Shown here: in pieces, positions 18,153 to 28,285 of the stretch
Position numbering within the stretch: position 1 is the first letter of the stretch
How the letters are laid out: every line of letters starts with the position of its first letter
DNA from: Promethearchaeati archaeon
GTDB taxonomy: Archaea > Asgardarchaeota > Heimdallarchaeia > Heimdallarchaeales > Heimdallarchaeaceae
Direction of reading: 5' to 3'
DNA: 64,000 bases
NCBI GenBank assembly: GCA_013166775.1
Contig: JABLTJ010000009.1
Coordinates: 35,931-99,930, forward strand
Notes under the pieces: model-generated
What the model was told of the DNA's origin: nothing
The model's database searches: none
What the model saw: only the letters and a program-made list of their open reading frames with translations
Translations under genes and position numbers: made by a program

Positions 18153-19340
18153 ATGGATATTCAAGAATTTAAACAAAATCTTATCGATGAAGCTAAAGAA
18201 CTAGAGTCATATATTATAGAAAAACGAAGACACTTTCACATGAATCCTGAAACAGGATTTGAAGAGGTAAAGACATCTGCTCATATTGAAGAGGAATTAA
18301 GAAAGATTGGTTATGATATACAAAAAACTGCAGTTACTGGGCTTATTGCTACTATCGACTCAGGTAAAGAGGGGAGAACTATTGCATTGAGAGCTGATAT
18401 AGATGCCCTCAATGTTACTGAAGATAACGATAAACCCTATTGTAGTAAAATACCAGGAAAAATGCATGCTTGTGGTCATGATGCACATTCAGCAATGTTA
18501 CTAGGTGCAGCGAAAATAATTTACAAAAACAAAGATAACTTAACAGGTAAAGTAAAACTTGTATTTCAACCAGCAGAAGAAGGTGGAGGAGGAGCTAAGA
18601 AAATAGTGGATGAAGGCCATATTGATGATGTAGACCAAATCTTTGGCATTCACGTTTGGCAAGAAGGACAAAGTGGAACTATTGCAACAACAAAGGGACC
18701 TTTTCTTGCCTCAGCGGATCAATTTAAAATAAAGATAAAAGGCAAAGGTGGACACGCTGCCAGTCCCCATCAAACATTTGATCCAACTGCAGTTCTTGTT
18801 GATATCTATAATGCCATTCAAAAAATAGTTAGCCGAGAAATTGATCCCTTGGAAAAAGCAGTTATTTCTATTCCAATGATAGAAGGAAGTGATGCGCATA
18901 ATATAATTCCTACAGAAGCTAAAATGGAAGGTACATTTAGAACTTTCAACAATGATGTCAGAGATCACATCTTGAAAAGAATAAAGGAAATTGTTGAGGG
19001 ATACAGTAAAGCTTGGAGATGTGAAGGAAATGTTGAGTTTGAGATAGACGGTATCTATTACCCTCCAACCATAAATCATGTAGAAAGTGTTGATGATTTG
19101 ATCGAAATACTAAAACCTCTTGATGAAGTAAAGGATGCAGGTCTGACAATGGGTGGAGAGGATTTTGCTTTTTACCTTAACAAAACAAAAGGAGCTTTTA
19201 TTGTACTTGGGCTTTACAATGAAGAAAAAGGTATAATTCATCCTCATCATCATCCAAAATTTGATGTGGATGAAGATATATTATGGAAAGGAACAGCAAT
19301 TTACTCGCTATTAGCTTTCTACGATATCTTTAAGCAATAA
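18153..19340 (+). CDS. M20D family amidohydrolase/carboxypeptidase
   Basis: 'ALRADIDAL', 'MHACGHDAH', 'FQPAEEGG', 'GGEDF', 'HHHPKFDVDE'. Confidence 0.92.
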   Translation: MDIQEFKQNLIDEAKELESYIIEKRRHFHMNPETGFEEVKTSAHIEEELRKIGYDIQKTAVTGLIATIDSGKEGRTIALRADIDALNVTEDNDKPYCSKIPGKMHACGHDAHSAMLLGAAKIIYKNKDNLTGKVKLVFQPAEEGGGGAKKIVDEGHIDDVDQIFGIHVWQEGQSGTIATTKGPFLASADQFKIKIKGKGGHAASPHQTFDPTAVLVDIYNAIQKIVSREIDPLEKAVISIPMIEGSDAHNIIPTEAKMEGTFRTFNNDVRDHILKRIKEIVEGYSKAWRCEGNVEFEIDGIYYPPTINHVESVDDLIEILKPLDEVKDAGLTMGGEDFAFYLNKTKGAFIVLGLYNEEKGIIHPHHHPKFDVDEDILWKGTAIYSLLAFYDIFKQ

Positions 19341-19398
19341 CTTTCTTCTTTTCATTTCTAGATAATCTTTATTTATTGCACAAGGGAATATATGGTAT

Positions 19399-20364
19399 AT
19401 GTTAAAAAGACAAAAATCAACTAAACTAATTTTCATTTATTGTCTAATGCTTATAATAATATTTATTACACAGATTCAATCTTCAAGTTCATGGATATCA
19501 TCATATGGATATTCAACGATTGTTGAAGCGGGAGATATAATTAGCTGGGAAGTTGAGCGATTTTCAGGTCCTAGTAGTTTTAACAATTTTAAAAATGGAA
19601 TATATGTCACAAATGGAGTCTATCTTCCAGAAGGAAGTACTTTGTCAGTGCGTGTAAATTATCATCCTAATGATCTATACTACAAACATCCACTTCTCTT
19701 GTGGAACACATCAACAGATTGGTATGATTTGTACATCAATGATTCTAAAGAAATCTTAGAAATAACAATGAGTTCTCTAATGACCATAGGATTCTTAACT
19801 TTACCATATTTAGCACCTGTCAAAGCAGAGGTCAATGAGGAAGAGAAGAATTATTTTCCGTATTTAATAGAGCAAGAAGAAGCATATAATCATACAAGTA
19901 CAGGCACACTTGATGAAACAAGTGAATATCCAATTGATTATGTTCGAAAGGAGATTTTTACAACCTTCATCAATTCAACTGATTTTAGTTCGAAATCTAT
20001 AGATAATTACAAAAGAACACAGGTAATTTCAGAAAATTTGACTTATATTTGGACTCTGAGGAAAGAATATAACAACACATACGATATAACAACAGGAATT
20101 CTGAAGAAGGAAGAATGTATTATCAGCAATGTTACAACCACAATAGAAACAGATGAAAACAGCTCTTCAACATCAAAAAGTTATCACTGGTTCAAATACA
20201 ACTTCGTCAGTAATTACACATATACTAGTCCACAAACAGATCCAACATCTTTCAGTTCAATTATAGTTATTTCACCGACAGTTCTACTTTGCTTGGTTCT
20301 ATTCCCTAAATTCTTGAGAAAAAAAGGAAAAAACAGACGTCTAGACAAAGGGCGTGTAAGATAA
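19399..20364 (+). CDS. Secreted, C-terminally anchored hypothetical glycoprotein
   Basis: Signal peptide, many NxS/T sequons, terminal TM + basic tail. Confidence 0.7.
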   Translation: MLKRQKSTKLIFIYCLMLIIIFITQIQSSSSWISSYGYSTIVEAGDIISWEVERFSGPSSFNNFKNGIYVTNGVYLPEGSTLSVRVNYHPNDLYYKHPLLLWNTSTDWYDLYINDSKEILEITMSSLMTIGFLTLPYLAPVKAEVNEEEKNYFPYLIEQEEAYNHTSTGTLDETSEYPIDYVRKEIFTTFINSTDFSSKSIDNYKRTQVISENLTYIWTLRKEYNNTYDITTGILKKEECIISNVTTTIETDENSSSTSKSYHWFKYNFVSNYTYTSPQTDPTSFSSIIVISPTVLLCLVLFPKFLRKKGKNRRLDKGRVR

Positions 20365-20673
20365 ATAGATACTGGACTTACATGCTGTTTTTCTCACTTT
20401 TAGGCTCTCTAATTAGAAAACTCCTTCGTCTAGAAATACTCTCCAGTTTTTAGAGGTTTCTCAAGCTTTAACCTTGCTGAAAGGTTACCTGTGAATTCTC
20501 AAAACCACCTTATTATGAAAGTCATCTTTAGGATAAGGGATTATACAAGAAGGTAGAGGTCTCGGTTTTTTTCGAGGTTTACTATTTGAAACCATTGGAA
20601 AGGAATATATATATAAGTAGAAGAGATAATCATAATTAAACAGAAATGGGTTAGAAACCTATAAAGTGGAAAA

Positions 20674-21135
20674 ATGGGGATAAAATTGGATACAGAGGTC
20701 AACTCTTATGTAAGCTCGAAGATTGGTGAATTACTCAAAAAGTATACCAATCAGCCCAATCTTAGGAATGCTATGAATTTGGGTAGAGAAATCGCAACAG
20801 GCTCTGCTTCTTTAGAAGTAAAGAAATGGAGGTTTAGAATGGCTTTGGATGTTGTTACACCAGATATGGGTGTTTATTCTGCACTTATGGCTTGGTCTTC
20901 GATTACAACTCTTGAGGATAATGTTCCTCCTAGTCAAAAAATAATAGCAGTCAAAGAGATGCTTAGGAATCCTGATTTGAAATCAGAAGTGTTAGATGAA
21001 GTAATTAAGAGCATATTTGTTAGTAGGGAAGTACCAAGAGATCTCTTAAATTATATTGCTCCTGAAATCAAAAAAGCTTCAAGAATTTCTGCTGAACTAA
21101 AATCGTATATTTTGGATAAAAAGGATGCTGAATAG
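20674..21135 (+). CDS. Hypothetical protein
   Basis: Clean ORF with upstream TATA-like tatatatataag. Confidence 0.7.
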   Translation: MGIKLDTEVNSYVSSKIGELLKKYTNQPNLRNAMNLGREIATGSASLEVKKWRFRMALDVVTPDMGVYSALMAWSSITTLEDNVPPSQKIIAVKEMLRNPDLKSEVLDEVIKSIFVSREVPRDLLNYIAPEIKKASRISAELKSYILDKKDAE

Positions 21136-21136
21136 T

Positions 21137-21907
21137 CTAACATCTCAATTTACAAAAGATATTTGATATTAGTTCTACTTGTTTTCTATTAATACCTAGT
21201 TGCAAAAATTGATAATTTTGTATCTCTAGGGCTAGGATATTTTCAAACTTATCTGGTTGAATGATATCTTCATATTTCTCAGCTGTTTTTTCGAAACATG
21301 TTATCATCTTTTCATTATCCAAAACACCTAGTTTCCAGAAAACCAAACATCGAGAAATAAAAATCCCTAATTCATCTTGATTTTTTAGGATTTGTGTTTC
21401 ATTTAATGCAAAATGATAGAAGAGGCTAGCTAAAATTTGAAAAATTTCATGTATTTTGTGAGGATATTTTGGATACATTGTAAGATTGTTTAATAGATCT
21501 CTAAAGGATTTTATATTAGTGATTATAGCTTGGGGAGGAGATAGTTCTTCATTTAAACAGCTTTCCATGAAATCACATAATTGACTATGAACTTTCTCTA
21601 ATTCTTCTTTTTGATTCTTTGGAATTTCTTTTCCCAAAGGATATTCTCTTGCTAAATAAAACAATTTATGAGCTAATCCACTTAAGTAATTGAGCAGGTT
21701 TTTACTTGAGTTATCTTCCTTCCAAACATATGGAAGATAATCGATAAGAAGTAAATAACTGATATGCAAGTTTACATTCTCTACAAGAATATCTGTCAGA
21801 AATTCACTTGAAAGGTTCTGGATATTCTCCATGATTAAGTTTCGTGCTTTTGAAGAAAGTCCTTCTTCTAAGATATAATCATAAATCTGTTCTTCTAAAT
21901 TAGTCAT
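21137..21907 (-). CDS. Hypothetical helical protein
   Basis: ORF; probable start ATG 21907 (MTNLEEQ). Confidence 0.65.
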   Translation of the reverse strand: MTNLEEQIYDYILEEGLSSKARNLIMENIQNLSSEFLTDILVENVNLHISYLLLIDYLPYVWKEDNSSKNLLNYLSGLAHKLFYLAREYPLGKEIPKNQKEELEKVHSQLCDFMESCLNEELSPPQAIITNIKSFRDLLNNLTMYPKYPHKIHEIFQILASLFYHFALNETQILKNQDELGIFISRCLVFWKLGVLDNEKMITCFEKTAEKYEDIIQPDKFENILALEIQNYQFLQLGINRKQVELISNIFCKLRC

Positions 21908-22018
21908 ATTAATATCATTTTCTACAATGTATCTTATTTTTATTATGGTATAGCAAAATCTACATTGGTATATATCCAATCACCACAATGCTTTTTTATA
22001 AGTTGAAGATTTTTACAT

Positions 22019-23242
22019 ATGGATTTCTCTATCTTTCTGCCTTCGATAGAGATTGGTCCTCCCTACGTTGGACCCATGGCAGGTTTACGTCGTTACGCAT
22101 ATTCTTTAGTTCAATCTCTCGTTAATCAAAACATTGACATTCATATTGTAACAACCTCAGAACTGCTTGAGAACGATGAAATACTGGATAGAGAAAATGT
22201 TAACATTTACAATTTACCACCTCAGATTTCAGCTAGAGGTGCATATAGTACTCAAACCCATTTTTATGCTAAAAACCATCGTAGGTTTTCTAAACAAGCA
22301 TATGAGATTTTTCAAACCCTTCAGGATGAGATAGGTTTCTCATTAATTCATGCTACAGAAGGAGCTGCATATGCTTTTGCAAAAGCTAAGAAAAAAAATA
22401 AATTAAGGATTCCAATAATCGTTTCTATTCATGGAGCCGTAACAACGGGTAATTTCAAATCAAGAGTTTTTGTAAAACGGCCATATTCAAGATTGTTGAG
22501 AAAAGTAATTGAAAGCAGTAATCTCATAGTATCAAGTTCCTTCTCTTTATTGGAAAAAATTAAAGGACTTCCGAAAGGTACTAAGGAAAAAACAGAAATC
22601 GTTCCTCATTCCTTAAACTGTAAGAAATTTTCCCAAATTCCTAAACTTGAAGATATAGAGGATTTCAGAGATAAATATGATCTTAATCTAGGAAAAGTTA
22701 CTTTTCTTCTTCAAGGACCCTACATCACACGAAAATCACAGCATGAAATCATTGAATACTTTCCAGAGATTATTGAATATCATCCTGACTCCATTTTTCT
22801 CATTATAGGTGAAGGACCTTTATTATCAAAAATAAAGGCGAAAATTATTGATTTGGGAATTGAAGAATCTGTTAGAATTACTGGATATATAAATGAGGAA
22901 GAATTACATTTAGCATATCATACAAGTGATATACTTCTCTATCCTGCAACGGAAGCTAGTTTTAGTACACCTTTGATAGAAGCTATGGCATCTGGACTAC
23001 CAGTAATAGCAGTTGATGCACCACCCATGAATGAGATGCTACCACCAGATGTTGATTGGCTCTACCCATCTAATCAGAAGGATCTCTTGGTTGAAAAGGT
23101 AGTTGATATTATTGAAGATAAAGAAGCAAATCAGCAAATAGCTTTTGAATCCAGAAAACATGCTCTAGAAATATATGATAATAAGATAGTTGGCAAAAGA
23201 ATCAAGAAAATCTATCTTAATATTATAAAAGACTCAGAGTAG
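22019..23242 (+). CDS. Glycosyltransferase family 4 (GT-B)
   Basis: 'IIGEGP', 'EASFSTPLIEAMASGLPVIA'. Confidence 0.9.
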   Translation: MDFSIFLPSIEIGPPYVGPMAGLRRYAYSLVQSLVNQNIDIHIVTTSELLENDEILDRENVNIYNLPPQISARGAYSTQTHFYAKNHRRFSKQAYEIFQTLQDEIGFSLIHATEGAAYAFAKAKKKNKLRIPIIVSIHGAVTTGNFKSRVFVKRPYSRLLRKVIESSNLIVSSSFSLLEKIKGLPKGTKEKTEIVPHSLNCKKFSQIPKLEDIEDFRDKYDLNLGKVTFLLQGPYITRKSQHEIIEYFPEIIEYHPDSIFLIIGEGPLLSKIKAKIIDLGIEESVRITGYINEEELHLAYHTSDILLYPATEASFSTPLIEAMASGLPVIAVDAPPMNEMLPPDVDWLYPSNQKDLLVEKVVDIIEDKEANQQIAFESRKHALEIYDNKIVGKRIKKIYLNIIKDSE

Positions 23243-23346
23243 TGCTATTATTTGTTTAGAAATATTTTTATCTCATAAAACAGATTAATGAAATATCCTT
23301 AAATACTCTCAAGAGCAATATTGCAGTAGTATAAGGTGTTAAAGAA

Positions 23347-23898
23347 ATGTCTAGAAAGAAATTCTTTTGTCCAAATTGTGGAGCTTCTATAACTCCAGAT
23401 GATAAATTCTGCTTAAATTGTGGTCATAAATTGGTTGAGGAAGATACAATTCCTTCTCCTGCTCAACAGGTACAATATCAACAACCAGTTCAGCAATCTG
23501 GACCTTACGCCCCTGCACAGCCCTACGCTCCAGCTCAACCAATGCCAGTGGTGGGAGGTATTCCAAGAGAACGGTTTATGGAGCTTAAACCTTCATATTT
23601 AGATAGGTTTCTTGCTTTCCTAATCGATGATATAATTTTTGGTTTTATTGGTGCATTTTGTTTTATTATACCATTTTTCAAAGATATGATACCAGAAGCA
23701 GGAAAATCATTCGGTAAGTCTATCCTTAAGCTTAAGGTAGTAAATTACGATACAGGAAATCCAATAACTGCAGGTCAAGCTTGTGTTCGAACTTTGTGCT
23801 TTATCATCCCATTTGATGTATTTGTGCCATTATGTACTGAGGATGGAAGACGTATAGGGGATATGGTAGCTAACACAATAGTTTTGGAGGACAGATAA
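23347..23898 (+). CDS. Zinc-ribbon + RDD family membrane protein
   Basis: 'FCPNCG...FCLNCG'; 'RFLAFLID', 'GKSFGK', 'RRIGDMVANT'. Confidence 0.88.
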   Translation: MSRKKFFCPNCGASITPDDKFCLNCGHKLVEEDTIPSPAQQVQYQQPVQQSGPYAPAQPYAPAQPMPVVGGIPRERFMELKPSYLDRFLAFLIDDIIFGFIGAFCFIIPFFKDMIPEAGKSFGKSILKLKVVNYDTGNPITAGQACVRTLCFIIPFDVFVPLCTEDGRRIGDMVANTIVLEDR

Positions 23899-23930
23899 AA
23901 ATCCCCTCCCCACAAAGGAAAAAAAATAGT

Positions 23931-26000
23931 ATGACTTCATCTTTTCTGGAAAGAATCGACACTCTATTTATGAATAATAAATACTCTGAAGTAGTAGTTT
24001 TTTTTACAGAGAATATTGATAAGATTTCCAACCAGAAAGATAAAATAAGAACATATCATTTTGCAGCTAAATCTTATTACCACCTGGGAATAAACAAAGA
24101 AGCGTTTGATTGCATTCAAAAAGTGATAAATTCTATAAATGAGATTAGCTCCACTCCTAAGGAAATTATAGAGATTAATCTTGATTATGGCAAAATTCTG
24201 AGAAGACTTGGTCAAAAAAAAAAGGCTAAAAAAATCTATCAAGAGATTATAAAGAATTATGAAGAGTATTTGGATGATGAGCTTAACGCAAAAATATTAC
24301 ATAACTTAGCAAACATACACCTAGAAATAGGTGATTTCGATAGAAGCAAAGACTATTATCATCAAGCACTTGAAATAGATCAGAAAACAGACAATCTTAA
24401 AGGACAATCATTATCATATTCAGGTTTAGGAAGTCTGTTTTTTTACTTGGGTCAATTTGAAGAAGCTATTGAATATTATCAGAAAAGCCTAGAGTTTAGG
24501 AAAAAAACACAAGACCATATTGGGGAAGCTCTTATTTTATTGAATATTGGTTCTTCTTATTCCAATATCTTGAATCAAAAGAAAGCTGACAAATACTTAG
24601 ATGAATCTTTAAAGATCTTTCAACAATACAATCATGATAGAGGTATTCAGGAAGTTCAAATTACAAGAGCGAGGATGAACTTCAACTTGAACAACTATCC
24701 TTTGGTTATAGAATCCTTGGAATTCCTGGAAGAATCTGAAGCACCAATTCTGAATAGGGAACAGATGGAACTTGTGAATATACTTATAGAATCTTTGATT
24801 CGAAATGAAGAACTTGTTCGAGCAGAGAAATTAATCGAAAGGAGCATAACACCTCTCGAAAAAGCTGAATTAGAAATAGATAGTTCCTTATATGAAGAAT
24901 ATGGAAAATTAAAACAATTACTCAGTTTGATAAAATTTCAATTGGATAAGGTAGAAGAAACTTTACAAGTTTTAGAGGAATTAGAAGAAATTGCAACTAA
25001 TCACAATGATTTCCAAAGTCTTGTTGTTGTATTTTTCTCAAAAGCAAATGTACATTACCAAATCGATTCGTTAGATGATGCTATGTTATTTGCGAAAAAA
25101 GCAGAAACTATAGCTAAACGTATTCAGCATAGTTCTTTACCTCTTATCTTAGATATATTGTTTAGAATCAATGTAAGAATAAGCAATTTTTCTGAATGCA
25201 TAAAATTGCTCAAACAGCTGAAACGAATTTCTGGAAGTGATTCATCAACAATAGAATTAGCTATAAAATCATTCCAGATTTTTGCGAATGAGAAAATAAA
25301 AATTATGTCAAAAAATTCACTTCAAGAAATGGATAGATTTCAATTACCAATTACAATTCTACAAATCATAGTAGGAGGAATTCTACAACAATCTCTGAAG
25401 TTTTCAGAAATATTGGAATTAAAGAGTGTAACACAGGATTTGAAAAATAACAGGGCAGGTATCCTAATTCCGTACTTCTTGCAAGCTAGTTTTCTTCTTG
25501 ATGAAGAAAATTCAGAGATGGACTTTTCTAATGCAATATCTGAAAATAATTATGTAGAAACGATATATTCGAATGTTCTGCTTAAAAGAGTTTCAAGTAA
25601 GGAACTGAAAGAGATAATAAGTAATTGGAAAGATCAGGAAGAATTTACTCTTCATCAGAGTCTTATATGTTTGGATACAATTCTCTATGGTGTATTATAT
25701 GATTTAATTTCAAAAGAGAATTTTAAACTGAATTTTTTAGAGGAGAGCATAACTGATGAATATAAGGATATAGTCAAAATAAAACAGGAACTTCTTATCA
25801 AAATAGTAGACATAAAGAAACCAGAAGATTTCTCATATGAAAGTAAAACATCTATGGGTTGTATGGTTTCGGCTATTTACAAGAATATACTACCAAAGAT
25901 TTATGAAATAGAAGGAATTACGCAAGAAAAACTAAAAATCCTATTAGTTCTATTATCAGAACTCATTATAAGAACACTTGTTATGTTGTTTGTCAGGTGA
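23931..26000 (+). CDS. Tetratricopeptide repeat protein
   Basis: Tandem 'HNLANIH..IGDFD...YYHQALEI', 'GLGSLFF.LGQFEEAIEYYQKSLE'. Confidence 0.88.
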   Translation: MTSSFLERIDTLFMNNKYSEVVVFFTENIDKISNQKDKIRTYHFAAKSYYHLGINKEAFDCIQKVINSINEISSTPKEIIEINLDYGKILRRLGQKKKAKKIYQEIIKNYEEYLDDELNAKILHNLANIHLEIGDFDRSKDYYHQALEIDQKTDNLKGQSLSYSGLGSLFFYLGQFEEAIEYYQKSLEFRKKTQDHIGEALILLNIGSSYSNILNQKKADKYLDESLKIFQQYNHDRGIQEVQITRARMNFNLNNYPLVIESLEFLEESEAPILNREQMELVNILIESLIRNEELVRAEKLIERSITPLEKAELEIDSSLYEEYGKLKQLLSLIKFQLDKVEETLQVLEELEEIATNHNDFQSLVVVFFSKANVHYQIDSLDDAMLFAKKAETIAKRIQHSSLPLILDILFRINVRISNFSECIKLLKQLKRISGSDSSTIELAIKSFQIFANEKIKIMSKNSLQEMDRFQLPITILQIIVGGILQQSLKFSEILELKSVTQDLKNNRAGILIPYFLQASFLLDEENSEMDFSNAISENNYVETIYSNVLLKRVSSKELKEIISNWKDQEEFTLHQSLICLDTILYGVLYDLISKENFKLNFLEESITDEYKDIVKIKQELLIKIVDIKKPEDFSYESKTSMGCMVSAIYKNILPKIYEIEGITQEKLKILLVLLSELIIRTLVMLFVR

Positions 26001-26596
26001 GTAAAATGGAGGAAAGCAAAAAACCAAAGAGAAAAGAAAGATGGTTACTTTATCCTTATCGATTAGCTCACCATCCTTTGTGCTCGGAATTCAAAGATCA
26101 TGTTTACATAATAAGAGGAATGGAGGTTTGTAGAGGATGTGTAAACATGTATAGTGGAGTCTTATTAGGGTTGATACTAATACCTATTTTCGATATTGTA
26201 CTTCATATGAACTTCTGGATTGCTTTTGGCTTAAACTGGGGTTTATACTTATGTACACCTTTGAGCGTATTTCTTCATCCACCAAGGATTGTAAAAGATT
26301 TTAGCCGTATGCTCTTAGGTGTAGCCATAGTAAATACTTTCAACATATTAATCTTATCTTTTATAGAATTAGTTAATGGCTTCAATTGGGGTGCATTATC
26401 AGTAATTATAATCACTGCAGGATTGTATTATTTCAGTAGAAAATATTTCACAAAATTAAGAGATAGAAGAAATGAAAAAGTTTGTAGAAATTGTGATCAG
26501 TTTTATGATGTTCGTTGTGAAGGAATGAGGAGTTCAACAGATCGTGCAACAGCTTTATCCAGTCTTGAGAAAGGAGATGCATTTAGCGAGAAGTAA
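25997..26596 (+). CDS. Cys/His-containing membrane protein (DUF2085-like)
   Basis: 'HHPLC...VCRGC..MYSG', 4 TM, C-terminal 'CRNC...C'. Confidence 0.6.
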   Translation: MSKMEESKKPKRKERWLLYPYRLAHHPLCSEFKDHVYIIRGMEVCRGCVNMYSGVLLGLILIPIFDIVLHMNFWIAFGLNWGLYLCTPLSVFLHPPRIVKDFSRMLLGVAIVNTFNILILSFIELVNGFNWGALSVIIITAGLYYFSRKYFTKLRDRRNEKVCRNCDQFYDVRCEGMRSSTDRATALSSLEKGDAFSEK

Positions 26597-26658
26597 ATTT
26601 TTAATGTTAGTGGTTTTCTAATGTAATTATCTGTTTAAATTCAAGACTAAAAATCGAA

Positions 26659-28284
26659 TTGCATAAAGGAGAAACTCAATTGAGATATGTATTACCCACA
26701 TCTATGACCGCATTAGATATTATAGGCTTAGCTTGTTTATTTATATTTGTGCTCTCAGCATTGGCATTAGCTGAAGTTTTGAGGAGAAAGGATAAAGTAT
26801 CGGGAAGTACTTCAAGAAAAATAGTTCACTTATCAGTTGGAAATGTAATATTAGTATTCCCTTTCGTTTTCTCAAGTATCTGGTTTGCACTAATTGGACC
26901 AGTTTTTTTTATACCCTTCACTTACCTTACATGCCCTGGTTCTCCCATCAAGAAATTTAAATTGAAAGGAGTAGAAGAAGGACATACTTATGGAACAGTA
27001 TTTTATGCAATTGCTCTAACTGTTTTAGTAGCACTATTTTTTTATCCAAAATCCCAGGGAGAACCAATTAATCAATACAACATCATATTATTTGGAGCAT
27101 TTATGCCATTAGTTTGGGGAGATGGGATTAGTGCAGTTATAGGTTTGAAGTATGGAAATGATAAACCTTACACAATTTTTGGTGGTACAAAAACACTTTT
27201 GGGGAGTTGGGCAGCTGCTTTTGCTACATTCTTCGCAGTAACTATTAGTTGTTTAATTCTATCTCAAACTGTTGTAGTTTCTATTTATATTGGTCTTTTT
27301 ACAGGTTTCATAACTGCAATAATCGAAGCAATTACTCCAAAAGGATTTGATAATCTAGCTGTCCCAGCATCAAATGCACTAGCATTATATTTACTTTTTA
27401 GGTATTTCAGTTACAATTTCGGAGGATTAGAAACTTCCTTACTATTAAGTGCAGTAATTACTGGTTTAATTGGAGGTTTAATACTAGCTGTTCTAGGGAT
27501 TATTTTCAAAGCGTTGACTTGGGATGGTGCAATTGCTGGTTTCTATTTTGGTGTTATAATTCTAGGATTAGGCTCATGGACTTGGGGAATTATGTACTTC
27601 TCCTTCTTTATCTTAGGAAGTTTTTTTACATTTGTTGGTAAAAATAAAAAGAAATCAATTACACAGGAATTTGAGAAGGGAGATACAGCCCGAGATAGTA
27701 TACAAGCAATGGTTAACAGCCTTATTCCAGCTATACTTGCTTTCATTTTTGTTCTACTCCAAAAGCCCATACTTACCGTTATGGCAGCAGGAGCTGTTGC
27801 AGTTAGTTTAGGTGATACATTAGGTACAGAAATAGGTTCTTTATCGAAGAAGAATCCTAGAGTATCGATAAAACCCTGGATTAAAGTGGAAAAGGGATCA
27901 CCAGGTGCGATTTCATTACTTGGAATAGCAGCATCAGTTATTGGAGCATTAATTATCGGTTTCATCGGAATAGGAGTTGGTACTATGGAAAGTAATCTTG
28001 GATCTCATGATGTTTTACCATCAGCAATCTGGTTATTCCTTTTTTCTGCTACTACAGGAGGGATAATCGGTGCATACCTTGACAGTGTTTTTGCTTGTAC
28101 TATTCAAAAGCTCAATAAATGCGGTATATGTGGAAAAATAACAGAAAAAAGTATTCACTGTCAGAAGAAGACAGAGTATCATACAGGTGCAAAATGGATG
28201 CAAAATGACCTCGTAAATCTTTTCAGTATTATCGCTGGATCACTTATTTCTTTAATCTGCTATCTAATTGGGATATGGATTTGA
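26659..28284 (+). CDS. Fusion of dolichol/phytol kinase-like (CTP-dependent) domain and DUF92/TMEM19 domain
   Basis: 'RKIVH', 'WGDG.SA.IG', 'KT..GS', 'GFDNLAVP'; then 'RDSIQAMVN', 'GDTLGTEIG', 'GAIS..G', 'DSVF', 'NDLVN'. Confidence 0.85.
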   Translation: MHKGETQLRYVLPTSMTALDIIGLACLFIFVLSALALAEVLRRKDKVSGSTSRKIVHLSVGNVILVFPFVFSSIWFALIGPVFFIPFTYLTCPGSPIKKFKLKGVEEGHTYGTVFYAIALTVLVALFFYPKSQGEPINQYNIILFGAFMPLVWGDGISAVIGLKYGNDKPYTIFGGTKTLLGSWAAAFATFFAVTISCLILSQTVVVSIYIGLFTGFITAIIEAITPKGFDNLAVPASNALALYLLFRYFSYNFGGLETSLLLSAVITGLIGGLILAVLGIIFKALTWDGAIAGFYFGVIILGLGSWTWGIMYFSFFILGSFFTFVGKNKKKSITQEFEKGDTARDSIQAMVNSLIPAILAFIFVLLQKPILTVMAAGAVAVSLGDTLGTEIGSLSKKNPRVSIKPWIKVEKGSPGAISLLGIAASVIGALIIGFIGIGVGTMESNLGSHDVLPSAIWLFLFSATTGGIIGAYLDSVFACTIQKLNKCGICGKITEKSIHCQKKTEYHTGAKWMQNDLVNLFSIIAGSLISLICYLIGIWI

Positions 28285-28285
28285 G

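Noticed and set aside
20365-20673. Intergenic stretch with small hairpins (taacctt/aaggtta) and a CAGG...AGCA on the minus strand
   Set aside because: No GNRA-capped SRP helix and no extended structure or convincing ORF; left unannotated.
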